A model generated the notes under the pieces. It was not told the DNA's origin, did no database searches, and worked only from the letters and a program-made list of their open reading frames with translations. A stretch of 60,058 bases of DNA, taken from an uncultured Lentisphaerota bacterium. GTDB taxonomy: Bacteria; Verrucomicrobiota; Lentisphaeria; Oligosphaerales; CAITYL01. Where the stretch lies: the NCBI GenBank assembly GCA_903894975.1, contig CAITSE010000074.1:1-60058 (forward strand), given 5' to 3'. Positions 1-9,362 of this stretch are shown piece after piece (the stretch's first letter is position 1; each line of letters begins with the position of its first letter). Made by a program: the position numbers and the translations under genes.

Positions 1-108
1 CGTCTCAAGAAAAAGCTCGACAAGGAAGGCACCCTCAAGGAACTGCGCAACCGCCGGCATTTTGAAAAGCCGAGCGAGAAGCGTCGTCGCACCCGCCGCC
101 GGAGCTGA
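1..108 (+). CDS. rpsU: 30S ribosomal protein S21, C-terminal part (5' end outside window)
   Basis: Frame-1 translation RLKKKLDKEGTLKELRNRRHFEKPSEKRRRTRRRS* resembles the basic C-terminus of bacterial S21 (..EKPS..RRR..). Stop TGA is at 106-108, followed by a hairpin plus T8. Confidence 0.75.
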   Translation, partial: RLKKKLDKEGTLKELRNRRHFEKPSEKRRRTRRRS

Positions 109-132
109 CCAAAATCAACTCTGTATCTTTTA

Positions 133-169
133 ACGACCCGGACCGGAAACGGCCCGGGTCGTTTTTTTT
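133..169. terminator. Rho-independent terminator between rpsU (+) and the convergent ORF 185..772 (-)
   Basis: ACGACCCGG (133-141) pairs with CCGGGTCGT (154-162), followed by T8 (162-169). An A-run at 175-181 lies on the far side. Confidence 0.6.
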
Positions 170-184
170 GCGGCAAAAAAACGA

Positions 185-772
185 TCAGCCGCGGTGGCGG
201 CGCGGGGCGGCGGCGGCGCCCTTGCGGAAATACTCGTCGTATTCCTTGCGGGCGAGGTCGTAACGGCGGCGGTCATCGCCGCTGAAGGTCTTGAGCCGGG
301 CGGCGGCATCCTTCTGGAGCAGCGGTTCGCCGAAGGTGAGCAGGCTCTCGATGCAGCCGAGCAGGCGACCTTCGCTGGCGCAAAAGCCTTCATCGATGTT
401 GTGGAGCTCGACAGAGGGGTCGGCAACAAGTTTGGAGAGGGCGCGGGTTTCTTTGTCCAGGGTCAGCTCATGCCGCAGGAGGACGAGGTTCAGGCCGAGG
501 GTGTCGCGCAGAAGCTGGAAATACCGCAGGAGCGGGCCTTCGGGATTGAGCTGGGCGTGACGGGTGGCGTGGATGGCTTCGTCGAGCAGGCGCTCGCAGA
601 CCGCATAGTGATCCACGCGGCGACTGTCGGAACAGGAGGGGATATCCTCGCGGAGAATCTGCATGGCCCGGGCGTGGGCGGCATCGCGCCGCGCCGTGTA
701 GACCGGGAAGTTCATCTCAATGAGAGTGTCCCGATGGTAGCGGGGAATCTTGGGGGCGTGGGAGGTGCTCAT
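185..772 (-). CDS. hypothetical protein (195 aa), last gene of the metX-metW transcription unit
   Basis: ORF 185..871. The internal ATG at 772 (MSTSHAPKIPRYH...) lies 14 nt after the metW stop at 786, whereas the longer start would overlap metW by 86 nt. No family recognised. Confidence 0.55.
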   Translation of the reverse strand: MSTSHAPKIPRYHRDTLIEMNFPVYTARRDAAHARAMQILREDIPSCSDSRRVDHYAVCERLLDEAIHATRHAQLNPEGPLLRYFQLLRDTLGLNLVLLRHELTLDKETRALSKLVADPSVELHNIDEGFCASEGRLLGCIESLLTFGEPLLQKDAAARLKTFSGDDRRRYDLARKEYDEYFRKGAAAAPRRHRG

Positions 773-785
773 AACGGGGGCGGTC

Positions 786-1448
786 TCACGCGTTGTGGCC
801 AAGGACGTACAGGGCGAAGCTGGCGGACCAGTTGGGGAAAAGCATGCTCTCCTGGACGCGGCCGCCGGCAAGGGTGCGGAAAAAGCCGCGGCGGTGGATG
901 ACCAGGTTGCGGCGGCCGCAGAACTCCTCGAAATCGCACACGGTGAGGTGATGGATGTTCGGGGTGTCGAACCACTGGTGCGGAATAATCGGATCCACCG
1001 GCATGCGGCCGAGGAAGAGCAGGCGCAGGCGGATGTGCCACTGGGCGAAATTGGGAAAACAGACCACAGCTTTTTTCCCCACCCGCAGCATTTCGTTCAA
1101 AACAAAATCGGGTTTGTGGACTTCGGGCAGGGTAAGGTTAAGGATGACGTAATCGAAAGACTGGTCCTCGAAATCGCGCAACCCTTCGTCCAGATTGCCC
1201 TGGAAGACGGAGAGTCCCTTTTCGATGCAGTCCATGATCCGGTTGGGATCGTGCTCGACGCCGTAGCCGAGGGCGCCTTTGTGTTTTTGGAGGAGTTTGA
1301 GCAGGGTGCCGTCGCCGCAGCCCAGGTCCAGGACGCGGACGCCCGGATCGACGAGTTCCACAATGGTGCGGAAATCGTTGCGGTTCAGGGCAGGGTCCGG
1401 AAGGACGGCCGGCGCGGAGGGGGCGGAATCCGGAGGAGTTGCGTTCAT
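786..1448 (-). CDS. metW: methionine biosynthesis protein MetW (SAM-MTase fold)
   Basis: RVLDLGCGDG motif and full-length resemblance to MetW (..NRNDFRTIVELV.., ..HIRLRLLFLGRMP..). ATGA overlap with the metX stop (1445-1448). Confidence 0.85.
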   Translation of the reverse strand: MNATPPDSAPSAPAVLPDPALNRNDFRTIVELVDPGVRVLDLGCGDGTLLKLLQKHKGALGYGVEHDPNRIMDCIEKGLSVFQGNLDEGLRDFEDQSFDYVILNLTLPEVHKPDFVLNEMLRVGKKAVVCFPNFAQWHIRLRLLFLGRMPVDPIIPHQWFDTPNIHHLTVCDFEEFCGRRNLVIHRRGFFRTLAGGRVQESMLFPNWSASFALYVLGHNA

Positions 1449-2686
1449 AGGACCGGCACCTCTCCGCCGGAGAGGGGGGGCGTCTCGTTGGCGCGATCGC
1501 GCCGATCGGCGACATGCCGCCGGGCATAGCGCAGGAAAGGGCGCAACGCCTTGGTCAATTCCTCGGTTTCCAGGAGAAACGCGTCGTGCCCGTAATCCGA
1601 TTGGATGACGAGGAAGGTCACGTCCGCGCCGTTGCTGCGGAGGGCGTTGGCGATTTCCTTCATGTCGTTGGGCGGAAAGAGCCAGTCACTGGAGAAGCCG
1701 ACGAGCAGGGTTTTGGCCTTGAGCCGCTTCAAGCTGGCGCGGAGCGAGGGGAACCCGGCGCCAAGGTCGAAGTAGTCCATGGCCTTGGTGATATAAAGAT
1801 AGGTATTGGCGTCAAAGCGCTGGATGAACTTCTTGCCCTGGTGGTGCAGGTAGCTTTCGACCTGGAACTCGGTCTCGAAGTTGTAGGCGTAGGTGTTGCG
1901 ATGGCGCAGGGCGCGACCGAACTTGCGGTGCATCGCCTTTTCGCTGAGGTAGGTGATGTGGCCGATCATGCGGGCAATGGCCAGGCCGGAATCGGGCGAA
2001 GGGCCGTTGTAATAGTCGCCGCAGTTCCAGTTCGGGTCGGCAAAAATGGCCTGACGTCCTACCTCGTTGAAGGCAATGCCCTGGGCCGACATGCGGTGGG
2101 TGCAGGCAACGGGGATGATGGTTTCGACCATGTCCGAATAGCTTACGGCCCATTCCAGGGCCTGCATGCCGCCCATGGAACCGCCGGACACCGCCAACAG
2201 GCGGCGGATGCCGAGGTGGTCGACCAGGGCCTTCTGCACCGCCACCATGTCCTGGATAGTGATCATGGGGAATTCAGTGCCCCACGGCCGGCCGGTGGCG
2301 GGGTTGGGGGACATGGCGCCGGTGGTGCCCTTGCAGCCGCCGAGGATGTTGGAGCAGATGACGAAATATTCGTTGGTGTCAAAGGCCTTTCCGGGGCCGA
2401 TGGCCACGTCCCACCAGCCCGGCTCCTTATCCTCGGGCGTCAGCCGGCCGGCGGCGTGCGCGTCGCCGGAAAGGGCATGGCAGACCAGGATGGCGTTGTC
2501 CTTTTCCGGGCTGAGCGTACCGTAGGTCTCGTACTGGACAGTCACCGGCCCGAACTCGGCGCCGCTGGCCAGCTTCAGCGTAGCCGGAGGCGCGAACAGC
2601 GTGACGTGCTGAGGCACGACCAGGCCCGCGGAACCGGCCGCGGACGCCGGCTTGTCTTCAGGAGGATGAGCGGAATGCGGAGTCAT
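1445..2686 (-). CDS. metX: homoserine O-acetyltransferase
   Basis: 413 aa alpha/beta hydrolase with MetX-typical blocks (NAILVCHALSGDAH, GGSMGGMQALEW, SDWLFPP, YGHDAFL). It is followed by metW as in canonical metXW operons. Confidence 0.9.
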   Translation of the reverse strand: MTPHSAHPPEDKPASAAGSAGLVVPQHVTLFAPPATLKLASGAEFGPVTVQYETYGTLSPEKDNAILVCHALSGDAHAAGRLTPEDKEPGWWDVAIGPGKAFDTNEYFVICSNILGGCKGTTGAMSPNPATGRPWGTEFPMITIQDMVAVQKALVDHLGIRRLLAVSGGSMGGMQALEWAVSYSDMVETIIPVACTHRMSAQGIAFNEVGRQAIFADPNWNCGDYYNGPSPDSGLAIARMIGHITYLSEKAMHRKFGRALRHRNTYAYNFETEFQVESYLHHQGKKFIQRFDANTYLYITKAMDYFDLGAGFPSLRASLKRLKAKTLLVGFSSDWLFPPNDMKEIANALRSNGADVTFLVIQSDYGHDAFLLETEELTKALRPFLRYARRHVADRRDRANETPPLSGGEVPVL

Positions 2687-2720
2687 AGCGCGAAACTATA
2701 CAGCCTTCCGCCGGACGCGC

Positions 2721-2740
2721 CTAGCCCGGCCAAGCCGGAA
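2721..2740. repeat. 20-nt motif CTAGCCCGGCCAAGCCGGAA, copy 1 (identical copy at 16099-16118)
   Basis: 20/20 identity with 16099-16118. Both copies sit in the 5' leader region of a minus-strand housekeeping gene (metX and infC). Confidence 0.6.
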
Positions 2741-2754
2741 CCGGGTTTGTGGTG

Positions 2755-3100
2755 CTAGCCTGATCTATTCATGAACACGGTGAAAACCCTTTTTGATCCC
2801 CAATCCGTTTTGCTCGCTAAATACGCGAAATTTCGCGAAAAAAGCCGAAATCGCAGTTCCCTCGGAAGCCCCGGCGGGCATGCGCGTCAACTTAAGGATT
2901 TGAGTCTCTTTGTACCGAGGCACAGCATCTTTGGAGTGCGGTGGCTTGACACCGCTTTCCCCGGCGGCGGAGCCGCCATCCCACGCATAGTTCAACTCCC
3001 ATGCCCTGACAGAAGCGGAGACGTCAGACAGGAGGCCGGTTCCACCGGCGGGAAAAAGCGGCGTCCAGCCGCCGACACTCCAAAGCGGCGCGGACGCCGC
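2755..3100. repeat. Composite structured repeat, copy 1: module A (2755-2890, starts with the six-frame-stop motif) plus module B foldback (2891-3100, stem 2929-2977 / 3034-3085)
   Basis: About 85% identical by eye to 13278-13675, with module A inverted there. Module B arms CTTTGGAGTGCGGTGGCTTGACACCGCTTTCCCCGGCGGCGG / CCACCGGCGGGAAAAAGCGGCGTCCAGCCGCCGACACTCCAAAG are complementary. Module A contains the palindrome CGCGAAATTTCGCG. Confidence 0.8.
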
Positions 3101-3115
3101 GGTCAAGGCAGAGAA

Positions 3116-4123
3116 TCAGAGCCCTTGCTTTCGTTTTACTTCCAATACCGCAATCTTGGTGGAATGATTGAATGGGCTGGGGTCGGTAATGGAAGTTCCG
3201 GCCTGGGTTTCAGGATACCCGATGAAATCCTCGGGAACGGGAATGAGTTCTTTGATTTTCAGATACCCGTCTCCGCATAAGACGTCGAGCGTTTTCGCAT
3301 AGTCGTTGCCGCTGACAAACAAAGCATTGTTCACGACGACCAAATAGCCGCCGTCGTTGATGAGAGGGCGGACTTTGTTGATGAGATTCGCGCTTTGGTT
3401 TTCCTGATCTACGCGGCCTTTTGCCGTGGTTGAAAAAAACGGGGGGTCGAGGATGACGCAGTCGAATAACGCGTTTGCCTGTTTCATCCGGCTTACCTGC
3501 TCAAAGAAATCCGCGGCGATCAAATGCCACTTGCGACGGGGGAAACCGTTCAGGGTGTATGATGTTTGGGCGAGCGCGAGGAATTCGCGGTTTAAATCAA
3601 TCTGCACCACCCCGGCGGCGCCCCCACTGAGCGCGGCGACGCCGAAGCTGCCGGTGTAGGCGAAGGTGTTCAGAACGGATTTGTCTTTCATGTTTTCAAT
3701 GAGCCACTTGCGCAGGTTGCGCGTGTCGAGATAAAGGCTTGAGTCGCGGTTCAGCATCAGGTCAATGGCGTACCAGACCCCATGTTCTTTGATTTTCCGG
3801 TCGAGTTCGGTTCCGAATAAAAACACCCCCCGTTTTTCTTCCGGCGTGGCGCCATAGCGGGTTTTTACCAGCCCCGCGCGCAGCCAGGGCAGCACGGATC
3901 GCACATACGCGGCCGCCTCTTGAACCCGGGTCGTTTGGGGGGCCGGATCCGCGGCATAATGGTGAATGACAAGTGTGCGCCCGTAAATATCGAGCACGAA
4001 ATCGGGGTCGCCTTCGGTGAAGCCGTTGAAGAGGCGAAAGGCGGCCACATGGTGCGGGTCTATCCAGGCCTGGCGGGATCTAATCGCGTTTTCGAGCCGG
4101 GAGGTCACGGGGGATAAAATCAT
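3116..4123 (-). CDS. class I SAM-dependent methyltransferase, RlmI/RlmK-like (rRNA m5C-type)
   Basis: 335 aa. N-terminal PUA-like/EEHEE region, then an MTase core with NTFAYTGSFGVAA (motif I-like) and ILDPPFF (motif IV). Confidence 0.75.
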   Translation of the reverse strand: MILSPVTSRLENAIRSRQAWIDPHHVAAFRLFNGFTEGDPDFVLDIYGRTLVIHHYAADPAPQTTRVQEAAAYVRSVLPWLRAGLVKTRYGATPEEKRGVFLFGTELDRKIKEHGVWYAIDLMLNRDSSLYLDTRNLRKWLIENMKDKSVLNTFAYTGSFGVAALSGGAAGVVQIDLNREFLALAQTSYTLNGFPRRKWHLIAADFFEQVSRMKQANALFDCVILDPPFFSTTAKGRVDQENQSANLINKVRPLINDGGYLVVVNNALFVSGNDYAKTLDVLCGDGYLKIKELIPVPEDFIGYPETQAGTSITDPSPFNHSTKIAVLEVKRKQGL

Positions 4124-4230
4124 ATCTTAAGGGGCCAGCCGCAGGTGATACACATTTTTCATTCAAGGAGATAGAGACTGTAGTCTTCAAACCGAAGGAT
4201 TACCAAGCACAAAAGCTATATAAAACATTC

Positions 4231-4318
4231 TCTCACGGAGGCACGGGGGCACGGTGAAGAGGATCGATATTTCGCAACGGATCCAAGGCCTTCCCCGTGC
4301 CTCCGTGTCTCCGTGAGA
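4231..4318. repeat. Word-arm foldback hairpin (CACGG words)
   Basis: TCTCACGGAGGCACGGGGGCACGGTGAAG ... CTTCCCCGTGCCTCCGTGTCTCCGTGAGA. The arms are imperfectly complementary. Intergenic between divergent genes. Confidence 0.7.
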
Positions 4319-4443
4319 AGCCAAACGCGGCGGAGCCCTGAACCGCAGGCCGGATTGCCTATGTCACATTCCCCGGACAAAAATTGCCGGGGCCATTGAC
4401 TCGCGCCTGGAATGCATGGATATTGAGGGAGGAGAATCTCATC

Positions 4444-4836
4444 ATGTCACACTCACGCCTCATTTGCAGTTCCCTCGTCTTCCTGGCCCTGCTTCCGGCC
4501 GGCGCCGCGGAAATCAAAATCGGCCCATCCGACAACGGCAAACCGCAGACCGTGGACAAGGGCGACGTCTTGGTCGTCGAACTCCCGACCAATCCGACTA
4601 CCGGGTTCATGTGGATCAAAAGCGGCACCACCATGCCGATGCTGAGAATCACGGGCCCGGCGGACTTCAAACCCGCGCCTGACGCGGAAGGCAAAGTCGG
4701 CGCCGGCGGCACGGAAATTTTCAAGTTCGACGCCTTGGAAGCCGGACAGACCGAAGTGACCCTGCTTTACCGCCGGCCATGGGAGGCGGAGGTGCCGCCC
4801 GCCCAGACCTTCGTCCTGCCCGTGACTGTGAAATGA
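4444..4836 (+). CDS. secreted chagasin-family peptidase inhibitor I42
   Basis: Signal peptide MSHSRLICSSLVFLALLPAGAA. Hallmark NPTTGFMW, GAGGTEIFKF and RRPWE motifs. GGAGGA RBS lies 6-10 nt upstream of the ATG at 4444. Confidence 0.7.
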   Translation: MSHSRLICSSLVFLALLPAGAAEIKIGPSDNGKPQTVDKGDVLVVELPTNPTTGFMWIKSGTTMPMLRITGPADFKPAPDAEGKVGAGGTEIFKFDALEAGQTEVTLLYRRPWEAEVPPAQTFVLPVTVK

Positions 4837-4863
4837 CCGGCCGTAACACACGCATTCATTGAA

Positions 4864-4938
4864 TTGAACAGAAGGCCGCAAAGGGCACAAAGCTGTTTAG
4901 GTTGAAGCGGGTTGAGATCTTTGCGAGCTTCTGTTCAA
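4864..4938. repeat. Word-arm foldback hairpin with conserved base TTGAACAGAAG...CTTCTGTTCAA (GCAAAG words)
   Basis: TTGAACAGAAGGCCGCAAAG (4864-4883) pairs with CTTTGCGAGCTTCTGTTCAA (4919-4938). Same base sequence as 12096-12171, with half copies at 23546-23574, 13680-13697 and 24655-24681. Confidence 0.75.
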
Positions 4939-4958
4939 AATCAAAAGAGGGTTTAATC

Positions 4959-5723
4959 ATGGCGGATCAACCGGCGGCGGTGGTGACGGGCGGCGCCCAA
5001 GGCATCGGCAAGGCGATCACGCAACTGTTGCGGCGACACGGCTGGCGCGTCGCGGTCCTGGATCGGGACGGCGAGGCCGGCGAAGCGCTGCTGGCCGAAG
5101 ACTCCGGAAAGAACGAACTACGCTTTTTCCAGGTTGACGTCGGCGAAGAGGCCGCGGTGATCGAGACTGCCGAGGAGGCGCTGGCGGCGCTCGGCCGGCT
5201 CGACGGCCTGGTCAACAACGCCGGCATCGGCGGCGCCGGCTGGGGCCGGCCGATCGAGGACCTGCAGCTAGCGGATTGGAACCGGGTGCTGGCCGTGAAC
5301 CTGACCTCGCATTTCCTCTGCGCCAAGCTGTTCGCCCCGGCCCTGCGCGCCGTTAACGGCGCCATCGTCAATATCGCCTCCACCCGCGCGTTCCAATCCG
5401 AGCCCAACTCCCTGGCGTACAGCGCGAGCAAGGGCGGCGTGGTGGCGCTGACCCATGCCCTGGCAGTGAGCCTGGGGCCGGCGGTCCGCGTCAACTGCGT
5501 CAGCCCCGGCTGGATCGAGTGCGGCCCGTGGCAGAAACCCGCGAAGCGCACACAGCCGGTGCACAGCGAAGCCGACTGCCTCCAACACCCCTGCGGCCGG
5601 GTCGGTACGCCAGAGGACATTGCGGAGCTGGCGGCCTTCCTGCTCTCGCCCGCCGCCGGGTTTGTCACCGGCCAGAATTTCGTCGCCGACGGTGGCATGA
5701 CGAAAAAAATGATCTACGCCTGA
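4959..5723 (+). CDS. SDR family oxidoreductase
   Basis: TGGAQGIGKA cofactor motif, NNAG, and the catalytic YSASK. RBS AAGAGGG precedes the ATG at 4959. Confidence 0.85.
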   Translation: MADQPAAVVTGGAQGIGKAITQLLRRHGWRVAVLDRDGEAGEALLAEDSGKNELRFFQVDVGEEAAVIETAEEALAALGRLDGLVNNAGIGGAGWGRPIEDLQLADWNRVLAVNLTSHFLCAKLFAPALRAVNGAIVNIASTRAFQSEPNSLAYSASKGGVVALTHALAVSLGPAVRVNCVSPGWIECGPWQKPAKRTQPVHSEADCLQHPCGRVGTPEDIAELAAFLLSPAAGFVTGQNFVADGGMTKKMIYA

Positions 5724-5766
5724 ACCCAACGCGGGTTCAGCACGAAAAGGTCTATGGCTCCTGGTT

Positions 5767-6735
5767 CTATCCGGCGACGATACGGCCGTGGCCGGCGAAG
5801 GGGTAATCAATGACGACCCGGCCTTCCTCGCAGTCGCCGATGCCGCTGTAGAGGTCAGCTTTGCCGTCGGGGCGCATGCCCAAACCGGAAGTGAAGGCGC
5901 AGTCTATCAACTCCGGACGCTTGCCGGGGCCGGACGGGTAGCAGGAGCGGGTGCCGATGATCTTGAGATCCAGCGCCTGGTGCCGGACGGGGTCGAAGAC
6001 GAAGGAAACGTTCAGATACGTCAGGATCGGCTGCCCGTCCGCGCCGGCGCGCTTGTAGCACTTGTGGCCGGCGACGCCGATGCGCCCGCTGTCCAGGAGG
6101 TAGGCCTGGTTGCAGCCACCCCATTCACCTTGGCCGAAGAGACCGGGGATGACGGGGGCATTTTCCACCACATCGGCCGACAGATCGTCCAAGCGGTCGA
6201 TCACGGCGAACCCGATCACCGATTCGCTGCCGTACTGCTTCCGGACCTGCTCGCTGCGCGGTCGTGAAAACACGCCGATCCGGCCGTCGGCCAGGCAGAC
6301 CAGACGGATGTCCTTCATATGCTCCGGGCCGGTGGTGAAATACACGAGGTCATGCAAGTCATTGCCGCGGTAGAAATAACCATAATAGGTGTCCAGCTTT
6401 CCCTGCCGGAAGCGGACGTGGGTGCCGCCGAGGACAAGTTCGTCGCCGATAAAGCTAACATAGGGATCTTCGAGCTGGTAGATCATGGACCCGGGGACTA
6501 GTGTCCAATCGTCCGTTCCCGTGCGCTCGAAAAGCCGCACCCAGGAACGGGTCCATTCGCGGCGCCGCTCGACCCGGCCGAAGATGTATTCCCGGCCACG
6601 CCAGGTGAAAGGGATGGACGTGTTGTAGACGTCAAAACCCTCAACCCCGTGGAAGGTCAATCTTGCGTGTTCGTAGATGCTTTTCGCGGCTTCAAAATCG
6701 GCGCGTTCGGCGGCCAAGTTCATGGCGAACTCCAT
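5767..6735 (-). CDS. DUF1861-like beta-propeller protein (GH130/GH43-like fold), function unknown
   Basis: Coherent ORF of about 320 aa (..YNTSIPFTWRGREYIFGRVERRREW.., ..GEWGGCNQAYLL..). The family name is from memory of DUF1861 sequences. An alternative start ATG at 6723 forms an ATGA overlap with the upstream stop. Confidence 0.55.
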   Translation of the reverse strand: MEFAMNLAAERADFEAAKSIYEHARLTFHGVEGFDVYNTSIPFTWRGREYIFGRVERRREWTRSWVRLFERTGTDDWTLVPGSMIYQLEDPYVSFIGDELVLGGTHVRFRQGKLDTYYGYFYRGNDLHDLVYFTTGPEHMKDIRLVCLADGRIGVFSRPRSEQVRKQYGSESVIGFAVIDRLDDLSADVVENAPVIPGLFGQGEWGGCNQAYLLDSGRIGVAGHKCYKRAGADGQPILTYLNVSFVFDPVRHQALDLKIIGTRSCYPSGPGKRPELIDCAFTSGLGMRPDGKADLYSGIGDCEEGRVVIDYPFAGHGRIVAG

Positions 6736-8849
6736 TGCCTCAGGTTCAGCGGGTTTTTCTTCAGGACCCGGAAGAGGTTGCTGTAATCGTCGGTCCACAG
6801 GACGCGGGACGCGGGCTTGACGTCCAGCGGCTCCGAGGCGGCCGCCACCTCGGGATTCGCGAGAAACACACGGTTATTCGTCAGCAGAACCCATTCCGAC
6901 AAATAGGCGCCCGGGTCTGAATCTTTGTCGGTGGAAACACCAATCGCGGCCAGGTGAAACTGGTCGGCCAGGGCGGCGATGACGGGATTGAGATTCAAAT
7001 GATGGTTGGTGATGTGGACGGCGAGGATGCCGTCCGGTTTCAGGTGCCGGAGATACACCACGAAGGCTTCACGGGTGAGAAGGTGGACGGGGATGGCGTC
7101 GCTGCTGAAGGCGTCGAGGGCAAGGATGTCGAACCGCTGATTCATGCCATCGCGGCTTTCCTCTTCCAGGGACAGCCGGGCATCGCCCATCTTGATTTCA
7201 ACGATGGCGTGGGAGTCTTTCAAATAGGTAAAGTATTCATTAGCCAGTTGCCGGACCTGCTCGTTAATCTCATAGAACCGGATGACGTCTTGCGCGCCGG
7301 GCCGGCCCCAGGCCGCGATGGTGCCGGCGCCGAGGCCGACGACCCCGATCCGGCGCGGTCCCTGCTGCGGGCAGTGCTGCACGGCCAGGCCGATGCCGGA
7401 GGATGGCGCGTAATAGGAAACCGGCAGTTGCCGCTTCGTTTCGTCCCGAAACTGCATGCCGTGATCGGTCGTGCCGTGGCAGAGGCGGATCTGGCGTTCG
7501 CGTCCGTCTTCCCCTTCCACGTCACAGAAATACACCCGCAACACCCCGAAGAAATTCCGCCGGACCGCGAGATTCCCCCCGAGAAAATCAGAAACCTGCC
7601 GGCTCAGGCCGACGCCCAACCCCAGCAGAGCGGCGATCAGGAGCGCGGCCACCCACCGCGGCCGGCCGCGGTACAGCCGGCAGGCGGGATCGGTGAACAG
7701 ACACGCCAGGGCCAGCGCGCCGCACAACAGCAGTCCCGCGTGCAGTTCCAGGTACATCGGAAAGAGCAGCGGCGCCGCCACTCCGGCCAGAATACCGCCC
7801 AGGGCGCTGCCACCCGAAGAAGTCAGGTAGAACGCGGTCAACCGGGCAGGTTCCGGCCGCAGCCGGTACAATTCGCCGTGACAGACCATGCAGCAAAAGA
7901 ACAACGCCGCCGTGTAATACAGCACCAACAGTCCCAGGTTCAGGGAATTGTCCTTGCTGAGCAACGCCACGACGAACAACATGCCGACCGCCATGTACGA
8001 GAGATGGAACGGCCGCCGGTAGAAGCGCTCCCCGCTGAAAGTCAGGATGTAGGAGAGCAGATACACGCCCAGCGGCAGGATCCAGAGGAACGGAATGGTC
8101 GCGATGTCCATGCACATCTGATTGGTAAACGCCAGGAGCATGATGCTCGACACCGCGGGGAAGCAGAACCAGAAAACGACCCGGCGCCCCCCAGCCATGC
8201 CTGCGGGCCGCGTCTCCGGTCCGGCCGCGGCCTCTGCGGCGGCGGGAACCGGCGCAAACCCCGTGTCAGTCCGGCTTTTTGCCGCCACCCAGACGCAGAC
8301 GCCGCAGAGCACGGCGAACCCCGCGTAACCCCACGACCAGGAGACGGCCTGAACGCGCAGGCGGAAAACCGGTTCGAACACAAAGGGATAGGAGACCAGG
8401 GCCAGGAGCGACCCGGCATTGGAAAGGGCGTACAGCGCGTAGGGTTTCCGGCCCGGACAGGCGCGCCCGAACCAGGCCTGGAGCAGCGGACTGGTGGCCG
8501 AAAGACAGAAATACGGCAGCCCCACGGCCCCGCCTAGGATGAGCAGAATCCGCAACACCGGATCTTCCGCGCCCTCGGGCTTCCACCCGGCGCCGGGAAT
8601 AATCGGCAGCACCAGCAGCGTGGCGCCCAGCAGCAGACCGTGCACCAGCGCCTGCCGCCGCCATGTCAGTTTTTGCAGGACATGCGCATACGCATACCCG
8701 GCGAAAAGCAGGACCTGGAAGAACAGCATGCAAGTCGTCCAGACCGCCGGCGTCCCGCCGAACCAGGGCAGAATCCACTTACCGATCAGCGGCTGGACCT
8801 GAAAAAGCAAAAACGCGCTGGTGAAAATGGTGAACGCATACAAAATCAT
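6720..8849 (-). CDS. fused polytopic membrane / spermidine synthase-like protein
   Basis: N-terminus MILYAFTIFTSAFLLFQVQPLIGKWILPWFGGTPAVWTTCMLFFQ plus many TM helices. The C-terminal SpeE-like domain has VVGLGAGT and LDAFSSD. The ATG at 8849 follows the upstream stop (TGAcATG). Confidence 0.8.
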   Translation of the reverse strand: MILYAFTIFTSAFLLFQVQPLIGKWILPWFGGTPAVWTTCMLFFQVLLFAGYAYAHVLQKLTWRRQALVHGLLLGATLLVLPIIPGAGWKPEGAEDPVLRILLILGGAVGLPYFCLSATSPLLQAWFGRACPGRKPYALYALSNAGSLLALVSYPFVFEPVFRLRVQAVSWSWGYAGFAVLCGVCVWVAAKSRTDTGFAPVPAAAEAAAGPETRPAGMAGGRRVVFWFCFPAVSSIMLLAFTNQMCMDIATIPFLWILPLGVYLLSYILTFSGERFYRRPFHLSYMAVGMLFVVALLSKDNSLNLGLLVLYYTAALFFCCMVCHGELYRLRPEPARLTAFYLTSSGGSALGGILAGVAAPLLFPMYLELHAGLLLCGALALACLFTDPACRLYRGRPRWVAALLIAALLGLGVGLSRQVSDFLGGNLAVRRNFFGVLRVYFCDVEGEDGRERQIRLCHGTTDHGMQFRDETKRQLPVSYYAPSSGIGLAVQHCPQQGPRRIGVVGLGAGTIAAWGRPGAQDVIRFYEINEQVRQLANEYFTYLKDSHAIVEIKMGDARLSLEEESRDGMNQRFDILALDAFSSDAIPVHLLTREAFVVYLRHLKPDGILAVHITNHHLNLNPVIAALADQFHLAAIGVSTDKDSDPGAYLSEWVLLTNNRVFLANPEVAAASEPLDVKPASRVLWTDDYSNLFRVLKKNPLNLRQWSSP

Positions 8850-8850
8850 G

Positions 8851-9345
8851 TCATCCGTTGCCTTCCAGGCCTGAATCATTCATCACAAAGACCTCGGCCT
8901 GGGTAGGCGGGAAAATCGGACTGTAGCTCCCGATCACGCCGATCTTTTGCCGGGGCGGAGGACGCAGGGAAGGGATCAGGCACGGGCTGGCGGGGGGCTC
9001 GGGAGCCGGGAGTTCATGCCCGTTGGCGAAGGAGGCGGGAAGGCAGCGGTAGAGAGCGTCATCATGACGGAGCAGAAGCGCGGCGAGCCAGTGGCGCATG
9101 AAAACATAGAGACTGTCACGGCCAAAAGTGTAATTAAAGTCGGAAGCCTCGGGGCCGAGGAGGATCGCGTGGAAGCGCGAGTCGTGCTTGTAGCGATTTC
9201 TCGCCTTCCGCGCGAGTTGAATGACCCAGGATTTCGGCAGGCTGACGCCAAGCCAGCGGCTGGCTTCCTCCCAGACGACTTGGGCCACGACTTCGGGAAG
9301 AACCCCGGTCTCGTCTTCAAAGACTGTATTGTCGTCTGTATTCAT
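8851..9345 (-). CDS. hypothetical protein (164 aa)
   Basis: ORF with host-like GC, ATG at 9345 (MNTDDNTVFEDE...). It is tightly coupled to the downstream speE-like gene. No motif recognised. Confidence 0.5.
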   Translation of the reverse strand: MNTDDNTVFEDETGVLPEVVAQVVWEEASRWLGVSLPKSWVIQLARKARNRYKHDSRFHAILLGPEASDFNYTFGRDSLYVFMRHWLAALLLRHDDALYRCLPASFANGHELPAPEPPASPCLIPSLRPPPRQKIGVIGSYSPIFPPTQAEVFVMNDSGLEGNG

Positions 9346-9362
9346 CACGCACACCCAAGCCG

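Noticed and set aside
2687-2760. Possible SAM riboswitch in the metX leader.
   Set aside because: The leader is only about 70 nt and I could not match it to SAM-I, SAM-II or SAM-V consensus features. It is occupied by the 20-nt repeat and the six-frame-stop motif. A covariance-model scan (Rfam) would be needed to settle this.
2771-3280. ORFs that start at the ATG inside the six-frame-stop motif and share an N-terminus: 2771..3280 + (MNTVKTLFDPQS..AKYAKFRE) and 13414..13659 - (MNKTEILFDPQS..AKYAKFRE). They could be read as a repeat-encoded peptide.
   Set aside because: The two copies differ by a 1-nt indel right after ..KFRE, so the downstream frames are unrelated. The sequence is better explained as RNA/DNA structure (palindrome CGCGAAATTTCGCG plus foldback arms).
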